A stretch of DNA of 64,000 nucleotides, from positions 39,455,816 through 39,519,815 of the forward strand of contig CP154954.1 in NCBI GenBank assembly GCA_039621445.1, written 5' to 3'. Position numbers and translations under genes: made by a program. Positions 12,046 through 44,082 of the stretch are shown piece by piece. The stretch is from Euglena gracilis (lineage: Eukaryota). The notes under the pieces were generated by a model. It had not been told where the DNA came from and ran no database searches. It saw nothing but the letters and a program-made list of their open reading frames with translations. The first letter of the stretch is position 1, and the number at the start of each line of letters is the position of its first letter.

Positions 12046-15000
12046 ATGCTTTTCTTTTTCCCTTCTTTCCCATTCCCTGTGTGTGGGCCAAGTTTGGGGG
12101 CCAATCGTAAATCTGTCATGGACGTTTCATCCTGCTCTTTCCAAAAACTTGGCCAAAACAATTGGTGGGGACAGACAGGTTCCCAAAAGTTAAAGCAGCA
12201 GGATACAGTGAAAACTTAAGCTACAGCTTTGTAATCAGTTGGTGTTGATCCAAAGAACCTTTGCCACACGCACACAAATGGAGTGCACATACCATCAGAG
12301 CAGTACCGTATCCCACATTTTATTTTGATTTGAAAATTCCAATGGACATTAAGGGGATCTTATTCTTGGGACGGGTCCACATTTGGATCTTTGCTGAAAG
12401 GATTGGCTGGAAGAGGTCTTCGTCCATGAGGTTCCAAAATCAAAGGGCAGGATTTTTGCAACAAACAAATGTTGCCTCCAAAGATGCCAAGTTTCAACAA
12501 ACGAGAAAAAATATAAGCCAAAAATCACCATTTCAAAAACTCATCCATTTTCGATTATTTTGCACAATCGTTTTGCACATGTTAGTTTTAGAAGGGTCTT
12601 CTTTTTAGATTTTTGCCAAAATTGGCAGGGGTTTTATTTGAGGGAGGGTCTTTAGGCAAACTTGTTGATTCAAGGCTTTTGCTGCGCTTTGGCTTGGACC
12701 GTCCCATTCAGGCTTCTGTTTCAACTCAGAACACCCCCTCGAGGGGGTGCAGGAAGGACCTATTGCTTAATTGGCCTGGAAAGCCCAAATGATTTTGACC
12801 TTTTTTTTGGGTTGGGGTCCCTAAAATTCCCGAGAATTTCCTAAATGGCCCAAAGTGGCCCAGATCACCTAAACCGAGAAAAATTTGGCCATCCTCCTTT
12901 GAAATTGTTTTTCAAGGGACGAAAATTTTGACTTTGTGGTCAGGACCAACAATCTTGGGTTCCAAGTGACTGCTTTCTCAATCCAGGCCATTGAGAGGGA
13001 GACATATGATGGGGTTTTCTGGTCATGATTCTGCGATTCTGGGATTCTAGGAACTTGGTTTCAACCTCTCTGGCAAGAAACCCAAACTTACTTTTTCTGG
13101 GTTATTGCAGTTGAATTGCATTCTCCCCTCATTTTGGCATTTTCACATTCGGAGCAAGTGTCCAACAAAGTTCTCCATTTCTTATTATTTAATTATCGAA
13201 GGCCTTTGCGCCATGTGACGCAGTTGGCACCATGGGGGAGGGACACAGACACTTTTTTTGTGTGTTTTTGTGGTGTTTGAATTGGCAAAATTTGTGGGTT
13301 TTTTTGCTTTTTTTTCTTGTTTTTTTTTGTGTTTTTGTTTTCCTCCGGCGATTTCTCATTCCCATTTTTTTAGAAATTTTTCGACTTCGAAAAAAATTCA
13401 ACATTTTGGCCCGATTTTTCCCTGTGACCAAACTTTTTGCCAATTTTTGTCATCTTTGGACTATTTTTGGCCAAAAATTGCACATTCCCGAAATCTAAGC
13501 GAAATACATCAGAATATAGTTGCACAATAAAAGATATTAACAGGTGAAATTTTTCAAGTCCACTCCTGAATAGCGTATATCCTGGGAGTTCCTGAAGGAA
13601 TTTATGCAACTGCCGCTCTTTTTGTGTTTGTTTGTTTGCTTTTTGTTTGCGTTTTTGTTTGCGGATTTTTTTGTGTCGCATTTTTTGAGGGTCCATTGTG
13701 CTTACCCCCTGTTGGCACCGAATACAACCCAGAATTGTGATATTTTGAACCCCCACCTACAGTTTAAAAATGACCAACCTAAAGTGGGCAAATTTTAGGC
13801 TTGATCACAGGCTCTTGGGTGCGGCACCAAACAACCTCTGGGGGGGTCCTGGACCAGCAGCCTGGGTATGGGTTTCGACCGGAGAATCTTTCGAAACTGC
13901 CCCGAGACAACCCCATTTCTGGGTGGTTTCCGGGGGGGATCCCGCGCCGGGCTGGGTGGGTGGGTGGGTGGGTGGGGTGGGAGGACCCCCTGGGTCTTCA
14001 AGCAGCCTTGCGCCATTGTTCAATTTGTGTCCAACCCCAACCCTGAGGGGTGCACCTGGTATTGCGGAGTGACTGGCTCCTCTTGGTTCCGGACAACACC
14101 AACACCTCTGGGACTTGTGGCACCGGAACTGGCCCAAAGAAATCCGTTTGCACCGGGGTTTTTTTAGTCTTGGACCCCCTCCCCCGGGGGGGAGGGGGGG
14201 GGTGGGTGGGTCCCTTGGACCCGGTGGGTGGGTGCCGACCCCCTCCCCCTCCCCCCCCCCCGGTCTTAACCATCAGAGAGTGACACCCCATTGGTATTCG
14301 GCCATATCGGCCCCCGGCCCGCCCGCCCCAGCGCTTCGCCCCTTGCTGCTTACCCCAGTGCCATGCCCTGGGCTGCCCGTCCCTGTGCCGGGTTCCCTGC
14401 ACCTTTTCCTGCCTGGCATTGCCCTCACTTCCCCCAAAGCTGTTCACCCAAAAGGGAACCATTTTCCACATTTTTGCCAAAAGGGAGTATGCGAGGCATA
14501 AAGGGACAGCACAAAGCACCTTCGTCTTCATCAAAATGGCCCGGCCAAGTCATCCCAGGGATCCAGAGCGAAAACCCTATTTTTCACCCCCCCCCCCCAC
14601 CCCATGGGCAGGGGGTCGAAAAAAACTGGGGGCAGGCGGTTTAACCGTTTAATGGCTTGAAGGAAAATTTTGCTTTGTGTTGTGCGTTTTATTATTTTGT
14701 TCACGCGGCACTGTGCAGATTGTGAACAATTATGCCTGTCGTGCATCCAAAAAACCAAACTGTTTCTGCACATTGAAAGACAACACAAAGGGTTTGAAGT
14801 CATTGATGGCGTTTTTCATGATGAAGATGGAGAAATATCCGAAGTTCCCCCCCCTGCTCTTCTTCAGTGCCATGGCTCCTCCCCGCACCCCCAACAGAGC
14901 ACCTCCATTTCAGCCTTTGGCCCCACTCCTGTATTCAGAGAATTGGTGCATTTCTCACAGTGCATCTCTTAAGCGGTAAATTGGAGGGGGACGCATGAGA

Positions 15001-15831
15001 CACACGGTGGTGCCGAACGATTTGCAGGGAACGGCAACGTTCTTCTTCGTTCGTGGCAACCTTTCTTGTGGGCTTGCATTTGAGCACAAATGCCTTGTTG
15101 TGAAGCAGTTCAGGGGGGAGTTCATATGCTTCTTCCGAACATCTTGTTTGCCACACTCACTTGTTCCTTCAGCAATGGAATGCATGCTGTCGGCGGTTGA
15201 AAGCCTGCTGTGCACAGAAGATTCAAACTGGATCATTGATTTGAACGGTGTGCGCCTCCACCACTGTGCGGGGAGAGAGTATGGAGGTCCTGCACCACAT
15301 TGAAACATATCCAGGAGAGGGGGGGGATTGGGCTCGACCAAGTTCAGCCCATTGACCTCCTGCCATCTCCCTTTGTCCTTGAACCAGGGTGGTCATTCTT
15401 CAGGCAGCCAGGAGACCAAGGAGGGGGGAGGGGGTCAGCCCTCCACCAAAAAGGGCATCCTCCTAGCAACGTTTTGCAGTGTGATTTTCCCTAAAGAGAG
15501 TTGGTTTTATCTCCGGAAAGAAAGTCACGGCTGATTTGGCTTCTTCCTCAGTCAGTGGCACGGGAGTCCACCGTCTGGTCATGGCAACTGGAATTCTCCG
15601 CCGACTCCCAACCCAAAAAGGAATTTCAATTCCAGTTTCGATGCAGATTCGATCGCTTGGTCGGCAGACACCCGGGGCCCAGCACCCCATTGCACAAGGC
15701 ACCCCCCTCCCTGGGGTTGGCAAAAGGAGCAGCCTGGTCTACGCTTTCGGGGGCTGCCCTCTCCTTGCCGGTGGTGCAAGACCACCCCCTGCGGTCCGAA
15801 GGTTTACGTGCCACACATTATGTACCTGCAG

Positions 15832-35002
<19,171 letters not shown>

Positions 35003-35918
35003 GTGTGTTTCCCCTGCCCCTGAGTGATTTTGGCCGTCGCCGAGGCTTTATCGGCAGCTTGCACGTGGATGTCCTTGGCAACCATTTGCATTCCACCCCC
35101 CCCCTCCCAATGGACACATTGAAGGCTCTCTCCAGTGGACATCAAGGTGACGCTTTGATATCCATGTGTGGACACCGAAAAAAGAATATTTTTTGTGAGG
35201 GGACACCGGAAAAATTTTTATGTGTTGCCCGGAAAAAAATTTGCGCTTCATTTATGAACACCAAATTTTTTTTGTGGTTTTGTGGACACCAACAAGACCA
35301 CAACAAGTATTTTGCGGCTCCCAATTTTATGTGAACCACAACTGAGCCCTGATCGTCCCTGGGCAGCGGTCCACCCCTTGTTCACAACAAGAAGGGCAAG
35401 GTCTTGCATCAGAATCTTTTGTCTTTGTCACAGAGGCAAAACAGGAGCGGCTGAAAGCGCAACAGCAGAGGTGTGTCAGCGACGTTTCCTCAAATCTAAT
35501 GCTGGCCTTAAAGGTCATTTTTGCCTCATGTTGACAACCGTCAAAAAGTTCGTCCCCAATCAGAGGCTATACGGCTGTGATGCAGCCCTGACAATGCAAT
35601 GCATTGTGCAGTGGTTTGACCCAGCTTGCACGGCCGCATTGGCCCGGTGGTGCGGCTAATCAAGCTAACCACCCCATTTTTCACCGAGAAATATTTGTCT
35701 GCTTATTTCGGAAGTGATTGGTCTTTTCATGGGAAAGCTTCTGCTTGTTTCATTGTTCTCTGTTGGACGCTCATAAGGTGCTGTTCAGGTCCAGCAAGGG
35801 TCGAGAGGTCTTTTGTGTTCCTCAGGGTAGCCGGTTGACAGAAGCCGACCCTGACAATGACAACTAACTCCCGCCTGCTGACCGGCCCCAACCCCTGACC
35901 TCCTTCCCCACACTGCAG

Positions 35919-37584
35919 TGTTCTCCTGCTGCTCGCAGCCTCAGCTGTTTGAACTTTTGGCATCAGACCAAACAAAATGACGACGTTATCGTCCCTTCTT
36001 TTCTCACACTGCCTGCCAGGCACATGCAAATCGCCAGCCGCCTCAAACAGGGGTTGCCCCGAATCCCCCCGGGCAGTTCATGGGATAAAGGGGGGGGGTT
36101 CGACCACCCTGGGATCCCCCTGGAGCCAAAATGTTTTCTTCTCTGTTTGTGATGCTGAAAATCAAAACCCCCCAGCGCAAGGTAATGGGTGGGTTTCATT
36201 GGGATTGGGTGGGAGTAATGCAGGTCCTAAAGGTCGATCAATCATTGGCATTCTCCAGAACAGGCAGATCATCCAGGCACCAGCCAAAAGCCTGCCCAAC
36301 GGCCCTGGGTCGGGAGGGGGATCCACCTGTGTCCTCTCACTGCTGTTTCGTAATATGTTGATTTTTGAAGGGGAATGAATGACATGAAAGCTTCAAAAAA
36401 TGTAAAACTTAAGGGAGAAACAAAAAACGAGCAATCCTCGTTATTATCCAAAATTTGTGCAATGAAAGAATGTTGAATGAAAACTTTGAAGGTGCAGGAA
36501 ACTGCGCAGAAATGAGCAAAATGTGGTGGCGTAACGCTGGGTGGCCATATTCACCGGATTTGGGTGTATTCCTCCCACTTGGGGAGGGGGTGGACCCAAC
36601 ATCTCACCAATCACCTCGGAATTGAAGGGCGGACCGTGCATCAAGGAGAGGCCACCTCCCGACACGTTTGTGTTGGGTGGGGCAATGGGTGTTAGGTGCA
36701 GCTGATGAGGGTGGTTTAGCATTCACTGCTGATTGATCAATTTCTTGATTATTGCATATGAAAACAGAATCCAAATCAAGAATTTATGGTTGTTGGTCAT
36801 TGTAATAAATTATTTGGTTGAAAACTTCTAATGGAGTGGAGTGAAAACCCCAGGTATAACCTGAGCACAACCGTGTTAAATGAATTCATCTTTGGAAATT
36901 GATTTGGAGATATTGCGGGGTAATATTGGGTGAATTTCAAGACAACAAAAAAGTAATCCAAAAGAAATCATTGGAATTGCGGGCCCTTGGACCCCTCCCC
37001 CGGGGGTCGGTACGTCGTAGGTCAGTCAAGGCCTGCCCAACCTCCGGGCTGCAAAAAAATTCCAGGGTTTTCAGCCGATTCTGGCTTGGCTTTGGGTGGG
37101 TGGGAGGGTTGATTCCGGGGGGGGGGGGGGGGGTGGGTGGTGTGGGGGTTTTTCGGGGGGGCAGGAGGTCACATGATGGGTTTTGTTTGTTTTTTTCCGA
37201 AAAAATGGGCGGGTGGTTTGGACCCAGGAAAAAGTGCCCTGAGCACAGTATTCTACGTCGCCATTGTATGTCTATCACGATTCTATGTCACCACCAAACC
37301 CCCACCCCCAATTTTTAGTTCACAAATTTTCATCCAGGACCATCAGTAGGATTTTACACAAAGTCGGCCCCAAAAGGTGGGGTCCGGTGGTATGTGTATA
37401 TTTTCATCGCCCCCCCACCCGTCTCTTCTCAGCCGGGGAAAGCGATTTTAGATGGACGCCTCCCCCAGTGGTCAAAGTTCTTTACCTGCCGAAGGCCACC
37501 GGTGACTCCCTCCCCAACATGTGGTGACTGGCAGGTTGAATTTCAAGGCGTGGCCGACCCCATCCTCGGCGCATGCCTCGGAAG
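35919..37584 (+). CDS. Probable linker exons of the LRR gene
   Basis: 35919-35959 (LFSCCSQPQLFELL; preceded by CTGAC, a pyrimidine tract and CAG) and 37535-37576/37584 (VEFQGVADPILGAC). Phases are compatible with the flanking exons. Confidence 0.5.
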
Positions 37585-38082
37585 GCAAACCCCCTGATTT
37601 GCCCCTGTGGGGCAGGGTATTAAGTGAGCGGTGGTTTTGCAGGGGGGTGCCAGGGGTCCCTGGCCACTCACCACACAAACTGGGCCAGAAGCGAATCAGC
37701 GCCAGCCATAAATTGACAAGAAGCCTTAGCGCAACTGAGGGGGGGAGGGGGTGTCCAGACCACCTCCCCCTTGGACCGGGGGGGGGGGGAGGGGTCCGGG
37801 ACCACCCCTTTATTATTATATTTGGCTTTATATTTTGGGGGGGCACCACAGCACCAGCACAACACAGACACATATTGTCAAACCATCAAAACATTATTTT
37901 TTTCCTCTACCCATCCCGAACAACAGCGTTCATTTGCCGCACATATTTGGGTTTGGGTTGAATTTTACATGTGGGGTTGTAATATGTGGTTTGCTTTATG
38001 TCGAAAATTCGGCCGTTCAAAACGCCCCCGGGAACCCCCCAAAATTCTTCAAGCGCAAAGCGCCGGATTAGATGAAACATGG

Positions 38083-38470
38083 TGTAAAAACCCAAATAAT
38101 AAACCTCCCCAGTTTATTATTTGGACACTCGAAGTCGGGTCCAGGGGGGGGGTTATTATTTGGGGGGGGTTATTATTTGGGCAAAATTACCGAAGTCGAA
38201 AATCGATCCAAAAACCCCTCCACAGGCCCCAATAGTCGCTTTTTTGGCATTTTTTGGATTTTTTTTTAAAAATGGGTGCTTTTTTGACATGTTTTCTGCA
38301 CCAATCTTATCCATTTTTGTGTTTTTTTTGCAACATTTCTGCTGATTTTTGACTCTTTTTTTTCCTTTGCCTTCACACCTGCCGGAGGGGGGTTTATTAT
38401 TTGGGCGGCCGCAGTCGGTCCTCAAGGGGGAGTTTATTATTTGGGGGGTTCTTATTTTGGGGGGGTTATA
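38083..38470. mobile_element. Second copy of the GGTTATTATTTGG MITE
   Basis: Aligns by eye with 16227-16633. Confidence 0.7.
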
Positions 38471-38949
38471 TTGTTTTGTATGTATGTTATTTTTTTAAAG
38501 AAAGAAAACCGCGTGAAAACGCAATTTTTGGGCCTTTTTCAAGGCCCAAAGTAATTTTCCGTGCAAAGCGGGGGGTGGTCCGCCCCCCCCTCTGGGGGAC
38601 CCAGACCCCCCCTGCCCACTCACTTAATACCCTTGGGGGGGCAGTGGACACTCTGCCATGGCTCTCTGGCGCCGACTCGGAGACCCCTCCCCCCAGGTGA
38701 TCAAAGTCATCCAACTCAAATCCATCCCAGGCAATCTCTAACGTTGAAAGAACCCGGAATGGAATTTTCGCAGCTGGAGATGGCCTTTCTGGGTGCCAAC
38801 GTCGTTGGGACTGGTTGCTGGATGCGATCCACCCCCTGGAGGAATTATCCCGGGTGGCGTCACACGTAGTTGCCTCAGACATTGTTGAAGGTCGCTGCCA
38901 CTGTCCGGTTGCCTTCTGGGCGGTGTGGGGGACCTGCCGTTTCCCCCGC

Positions 38950-41900
38950 AGGGAACGACTGCAGGCGAGCACCGACCGGCTGGAGCGCCAGGCTGCGACC
39001 CTTGACCAGTGGCGCCCTTGGGTGGGCTGCCCGGGTTGGTCGGATGCGCAGGGGTCCGTGACTCCGCTCAACACTGCATCAACAGGACAAGCCAGTGCCT
39101 GAGCAGCTGCGGTGCTGGTAAGGGAAAAAGAAGGTTGATTGGCGGGAATTAGGAGACCTTGGTCTGATCTGTCCCTGGGGTGGGCATGCAGGTTAGGGTT
39201 CCCGCTGGAAACACTCTGCCACTACGCGATGAACTTTTTGAACTGCAGACTGCTGGCATGACCTCCATGGAGCACACCACCAACCCAACGGGAAATATGC
39301 AGGATAACTTGGTCACGGGGGAAATTTCCAGTCGCCGCAAGAGATCCAGAGTCTGCTCCTGAGTCTTTGGGAGGTATACAGCCAACGGGATCATTTGAGG
39401 AGGAAACATGCTGGGAAACCATTGCAATCATGTGTGTCTCCACCTCATGGTGCTGAGAAAGTCATTGGCCTTCAAAAGAATTCACCCAGGTTGTCGAGTG
39501 AAACCCAGTTGGGTGACTCTCAGGCAGAGCCAAACTCGGTGCATCTGAACAATATTCAACCCACGTTGTCAAGTATTTTGGGTATCTGTGCATTTTTCGC
39601 TGCAGATAAAAGCCATTTTGGGGTTTGTTATTCCCCCTTCAGGTCCAGACCATGTCACCGCTGAATAATGGTCCGACCAGGCTTGTGCTTAGTCGGGTGC
39701 CTACCCCAGGGGGGGGGGGGGTGGGTGCTAGGGGCAGGCACCCCATAGCACCCGATCCAACCCCCGGGGGGGGGGGGGGGGGTAGGGTTTTGGGGGGTGC
39801 CTGCCCCTAGCAGGCACCCCCCTCCGACCCCGGCGCCGGGGGCCCGGAAAAGGCTATTTTCAATGAAAAATTTCTGGGTCCCCCCCCCTGGACCCCTCCC
39901 CCCCCCCCCGGGGGTGTGCCTGCTGGGGCAGGCACCCTATGGCACCCCCCCCCCCCGGTCAGTAAGCACAAGCATGGGTCCGACCCACCGGGTGACCACC
40001 AGTGGCTTTGGGTTGTGGGTCCTCCGGCTCAAAGTGGCCAACCCTGGGTTCCGGCAAACAAGTGGCCTCATCCAGACCACCGTCAAGGCCAGCCGCATTT
40101 TTTTGGGGGATGGGGGTCGCATGGTAGCCAGGCCAACCCCGTCGGGCAGTTCACCCGTAAGCCGCTGCCCACAGGGATGCCCATCGGCTGGTGGCGGAGA
40201 TGGAGAGCCTCGGGTGTGGTCGGCCATTGGTGCACCCATCCCTTTCGCTTGCCTTCGGGGGGAAGTGAACCCCCCCCACCCCCATCACGCCTTCCCCCGT
40301 TGCCTTCCAAGGACCCCGGCAAGCTGCACCAATTGCTTGCCCACGGGACGTTTTTTGGAGGGGATGAAATAAAGCAGGGGGGGGAATTATGCGGTCCGCA
40401 TTATTCCGCATTATTCCGCATTTTTCCGCATTTCCGCATTATTCCGCATTATTCCGCATTTTTCCGCATTTTTCCGCATATTTTCCGCATTTTTTTTGTA
40501 AATTTTCCGCATTTTTCCGCATTTTTGCATTTGACCGCATTTTTTCCGCATTTTTCCGCATTTTCCCGCATTTTTCCGCATAATTTCCGCATTATCCCGC
40601 ATTTTCCGCATTTTTCCGTATAATTACCGCATTTTTTCGCATAATTTCCACATTTTTCCGCATAATTTCCGCATTTTTTTTGTGAATTTTTGCTTGTTAT
40701 TTGTATGACTACCAAGCTTCCAAACTACCAAGCATTTCCAAGCTTTTGCTCAATCACGTCGTTACAATGGTTTGTTTGACATAATCTTTTTGAGCAATCG
40801 CTTTTCATCAAGGTACTTTGGGACAGCACAATTTCATCTGTGCAGTTTTCACCCCGCTTGGAAGAGCAACTGACCCTTCTTTCATCGTTCAGGACCCTTT
40901 TTTTTCAAAAGGGTCCTAGTTCAGGTGCAAGCCCAGTTTCTGCGTGATATGTTCATCAGAGTTTTGAAATCGTTGCAGGACGGTTTGAATATTCGCTTTG
41001 AGAAAAGCAAGGAACAAATTGAGTTTTACCGTCAACTTCGCATGCTCAACCCAAATAATTTGCCTCTTATGTCATCAGCTCCCGCAGATTACTCAGCGTT
41101 GCATTTGGATGGATGTGATGAAGATTTCATACAATATTTGCAATGCACAAAAAGGGATATTGACGGCCCAGAGGAGTTAATTGAATGGTGGAAGACGCAT
41201 CGGCCATCTCTTTTCCGTGAACGTGTTTTGTTTCTGATTTCCTCCCCGGTCGCCACTGCGAGTGTGGAAAGGTTTTTTTCCGTTTGCGGACAGCTGGATG
41301 CCGATCAGTGGGCTTTGTCACAAAATGCATTCATGCTTCAATTTAATGGTGATTTGTCTGGGCGTTTCACCTCCCTCTGACCTGTTCGCATTGTTTATTT
41401 GCGTCCGCGTCTTTTGAACAATGGACATACTGCCGCTGAACATTTTTATTGTGCTTTGTTTTCCATTGCATTTTGGTGACTTCTGGCAAGCTTGGGCATC
41501 AGTGATGGAAATCAAATAGCATCGGGACCCTGCATATTGTGAGGCAGAAAGATATCTGTCCTCTCCATGTGACCTGGGACTCCACAGAATTTCGGCATAT
41601 TTTCCGCATTTTCCGCATTTTTCCGCATATTTTCCGCATTTTTTTCCCGCATAATTTCCGCATAATTTCCGCATTTTTCCGCATTTTTCCGCATAATTTC
41701 CGCATTTTTTCCCCGCCTGCCAGACCGCATAATCCCCCCCCCTGAATAAAGGCCTTGAAAAAAAAGACACTGGCAAACCTTCACATACATATATACATAC
41801 ATATATATATATATGTATGTATGTATGTATGAATGTATGTATATGTACACATATATATGTATATATGTATATATATATATATATATAACCTTCGTATATA

Positions 41901-43965
41901 TATATATATATATTTCGGAGGAGAAGGGGTGGCAAGCACATCTTTGGTGGTTTTTTGAGGGTTCTTTTCTCTCAATTTTTGTTTGTGTTTTTTCCTCAGC
42001 GACTTGAGTTACACTTCAGCATTTCTGTGTCGGGCTTTCACATTTTTTTAGTGGTGACACCTGGGGAATGGTGCGAATTTGGTGTCTTTGATCCACCGAA
42101 ACACGTCGCCGAGTTGTGAAACCCGATTGACCCCGCAAACTGATACATTCGCCAAAACACACTGAAACCCCGGTCATCACCTCCCCCCTTTCCTGTGTGA
42201 CAACTGCCAGTGCCGGGTGGTGGGAGGTGGGGCGACAGGTCCACCCCTTTGCCTGCTTTCTGAAGCCCTGGCGCACATTGTGGAGGTTTTTGAAGTTGTT
42301 ACAAAAGGAGTGGAAACTCACACGTCACGAATAAAGTCGGTAGTGTCGGGCTGTTAGAGAACTCCACTGGTGGTTGATGAGGGGATACAGAGCACAGGAG
42401 GATTGTTACCAGTGACCTGTTGACTCAATCTTTCAGGATAACATTTAAAAGTGCCGTTTATTTTAATGGTTGAGGTGCCAAGGAATGGGTTTTCGTTGAC
42501 TCAACTGTCAAATTCGGGCCCAAAAGGCTGGTGCTTTAGTTGTTGTGCTACAAGATATCTCGAACATATTTCAGGATCATATCAAAATATATTTAAGGAT
42601 CTTCAAACTGCATTAATGCCGCAACTTCAAATGGCACATTTGCGAAGCTACGCAAGTGGTTGGTTCGTGCAGACGCACACAGGTGTGCGCCCATTTAGCA
42701 AACCAACCACAATTTCACAAACACACCAATTTTAGCTCGCGTATGTGGAGTGTGGCCCGTTTGCCCGTTTGGATATTTGTGCAAACGCGTACCAAATATT
42801 AAATTCTCATGAAGTCAAAAATTTTGGGGCATTGTGTTGAGCTTTGTCTCACCTCCCCAAATCCCATGCAGCCAGCAACATCCCATGCAGCCGTTGAAAG
42901 GTTCCAAACAAACATGCAGGGTGTCATGCACCATCAAAAGTTTTTGTTTCCATCTCCGCGTCCTGGGGCACCAAACCATATTCTGATTACATTGATTGGT
43001 TTTGGGAGCCAGGGTGTTGTCATTTTCATTAAAAATGTCGGTGTGCGCATTTTCAAACGCAGGCAAAGGAAAAATCCTTTAGTTCAAGTTATGCCTCCAA
43101 ATAGCAATTTTTGCAATTTTTGCTCGGAAATTTTTTGACCCAGAAAATTTTCACAATTTGGCCCCTTTTTTTGTCATTTTTGGACCTTTTGCCCTAAAGT
43201 TGCCTATTTTTAGGACCAGCATGTTCCCAAAGTCTCTTAACAAAATAAAAAAATTTCCCCGGAGGAGATGAAAAAAATTCTGTCCTCTCCAGCAGAACAT
43301 CCTGGGGAAGCTCTAGATTGAATTTACGTGCAAAACGCTTTTTTTGTGTTTATTTGCGTTTATTTTTGCGTTTATTTTTGTGGGTTTTTTTGTTATGTTT
43401 TTCGAGGGTCCGTTCTTTGGAGCCCCTCCCTGTTATTCTAAGTGTCTTATTCATTCTTGCAGCTTCTGTTCTCCGTCTTCAAATCCCCCACCATCTCCAC
43501 TTTCCACAGGGAAGACACCTCCCAGCGATTGCGCACACAACGCGAGGGCATGGAGAAGACGCTGGGCACCCTGCGGGAGACGGACCAGGAGGTGTGCGCC
43601 ACCATTATGCATTCATTTGGTGGTCATTTGTTTCGAGTGGAACGAAGGCCCCCCAAGCGTGGACTGCAACAATGCTTCAAAAGATCAAACAACCTCAGAA
43701 ACACTCCCGGAATAGTTTTGACGTCCTCTGCCCGGTCATATGGAAGCCACCACCTGTCTAGGTAATAGCGCCATGATATGCGAGAATTTGACACATTTCG
43801 CCTTCTTGCAAACTTGTGAATGGAAAATATTAAAAAAAACACAAAAAAATACTACATTTACGAGATGAAATGGACAGTGCCCCCCCCAGGGGCTTCCATC
43901 TCGTGTCATCGCAGATGACCAGAGCGCAGAAGATCCTCGGAGCGTTGCGGCGATGGCCGTTTTGA
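38950..43965 (+). CDS. Vti1-paralogous Qb-SNARE motif without TM domain; probably the 3' end of the LRR gene
   Basis: Exons 38950/38952-39003, 40173-40213, 43510-43591, 43915-43965 give [75 protein letters not shown]. This is collinear with exons 4-6 of the downstream Vti1 gene, with the same 93-nt and 82-nt exon lengths. Confidence 0.8.
39004..40172 (+). other. Non-conventional intron splitting a SNARE exon
   Basis: GAC-CAGTGGC...GCCGCTG-CCCAC with an extended stem (GGGTGGGCTGCCCG pairing with CGGGCAGTTCACCC). Flanking pieces of 52+41 nt equal the uninterrupted 93-nt paralogous exon. Confidence 0.75.
39678..39976. mobile_element. MITE with perfect 8-bp TSD
   Basis: GGTCCGAC|CAGGCTTGTGCTTA...TAAGCACAAGCATG|GGTCCGAC. 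Confidence 0.92.
40375..41744 (+). mobile_element. Internally deleted hAT transposon retaining the C-terminal dimerisation domain
   Basis: TIRs CAGGGGGGGGAATTATGCGGTC and GACCGCATAATCCCCCCCCCTG; AATAAAG duplicated on both flanks; (TTTTCCGCA)n subterminal arrays. ORF 40925-41380 contains EWWK...[16 protein letters not shown]...LQFNGD. Confidence 0.85.
41783..41912. repeat. TA/TATG microsatellite
   Basis: Directly visible. Confidence 0.9.
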
Positions 43966-44082
43966 CACCTGTGCCGCCCACATCCCTTCTTTGCTTGATG
44001 GGATACTCCTTTGATCTTAACCCCCAAATCAAACCTGGGCCTTCTTTCCTTGGCGACGTCAGGGGTCGTAAATTCGGGGAGG

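Noticed and set aside
14011-14068. Possible N-terminal LRR exon (IVQFVSNPNPEGCTWYCG)
   Set aside because: No splice site of matching phase and no start codon could be established.
14640-15500. Possible decayed coding or transposase sequence
   Set aside because: Stops in the candidate frames and no recognisable motif.
38697-38853. Open AG/GT-bounded segment upstream of the SNARE exon
   Set aside because: Its composition is unlike the GC-rich exons and it shows no similarity to Vti1 exon 3.
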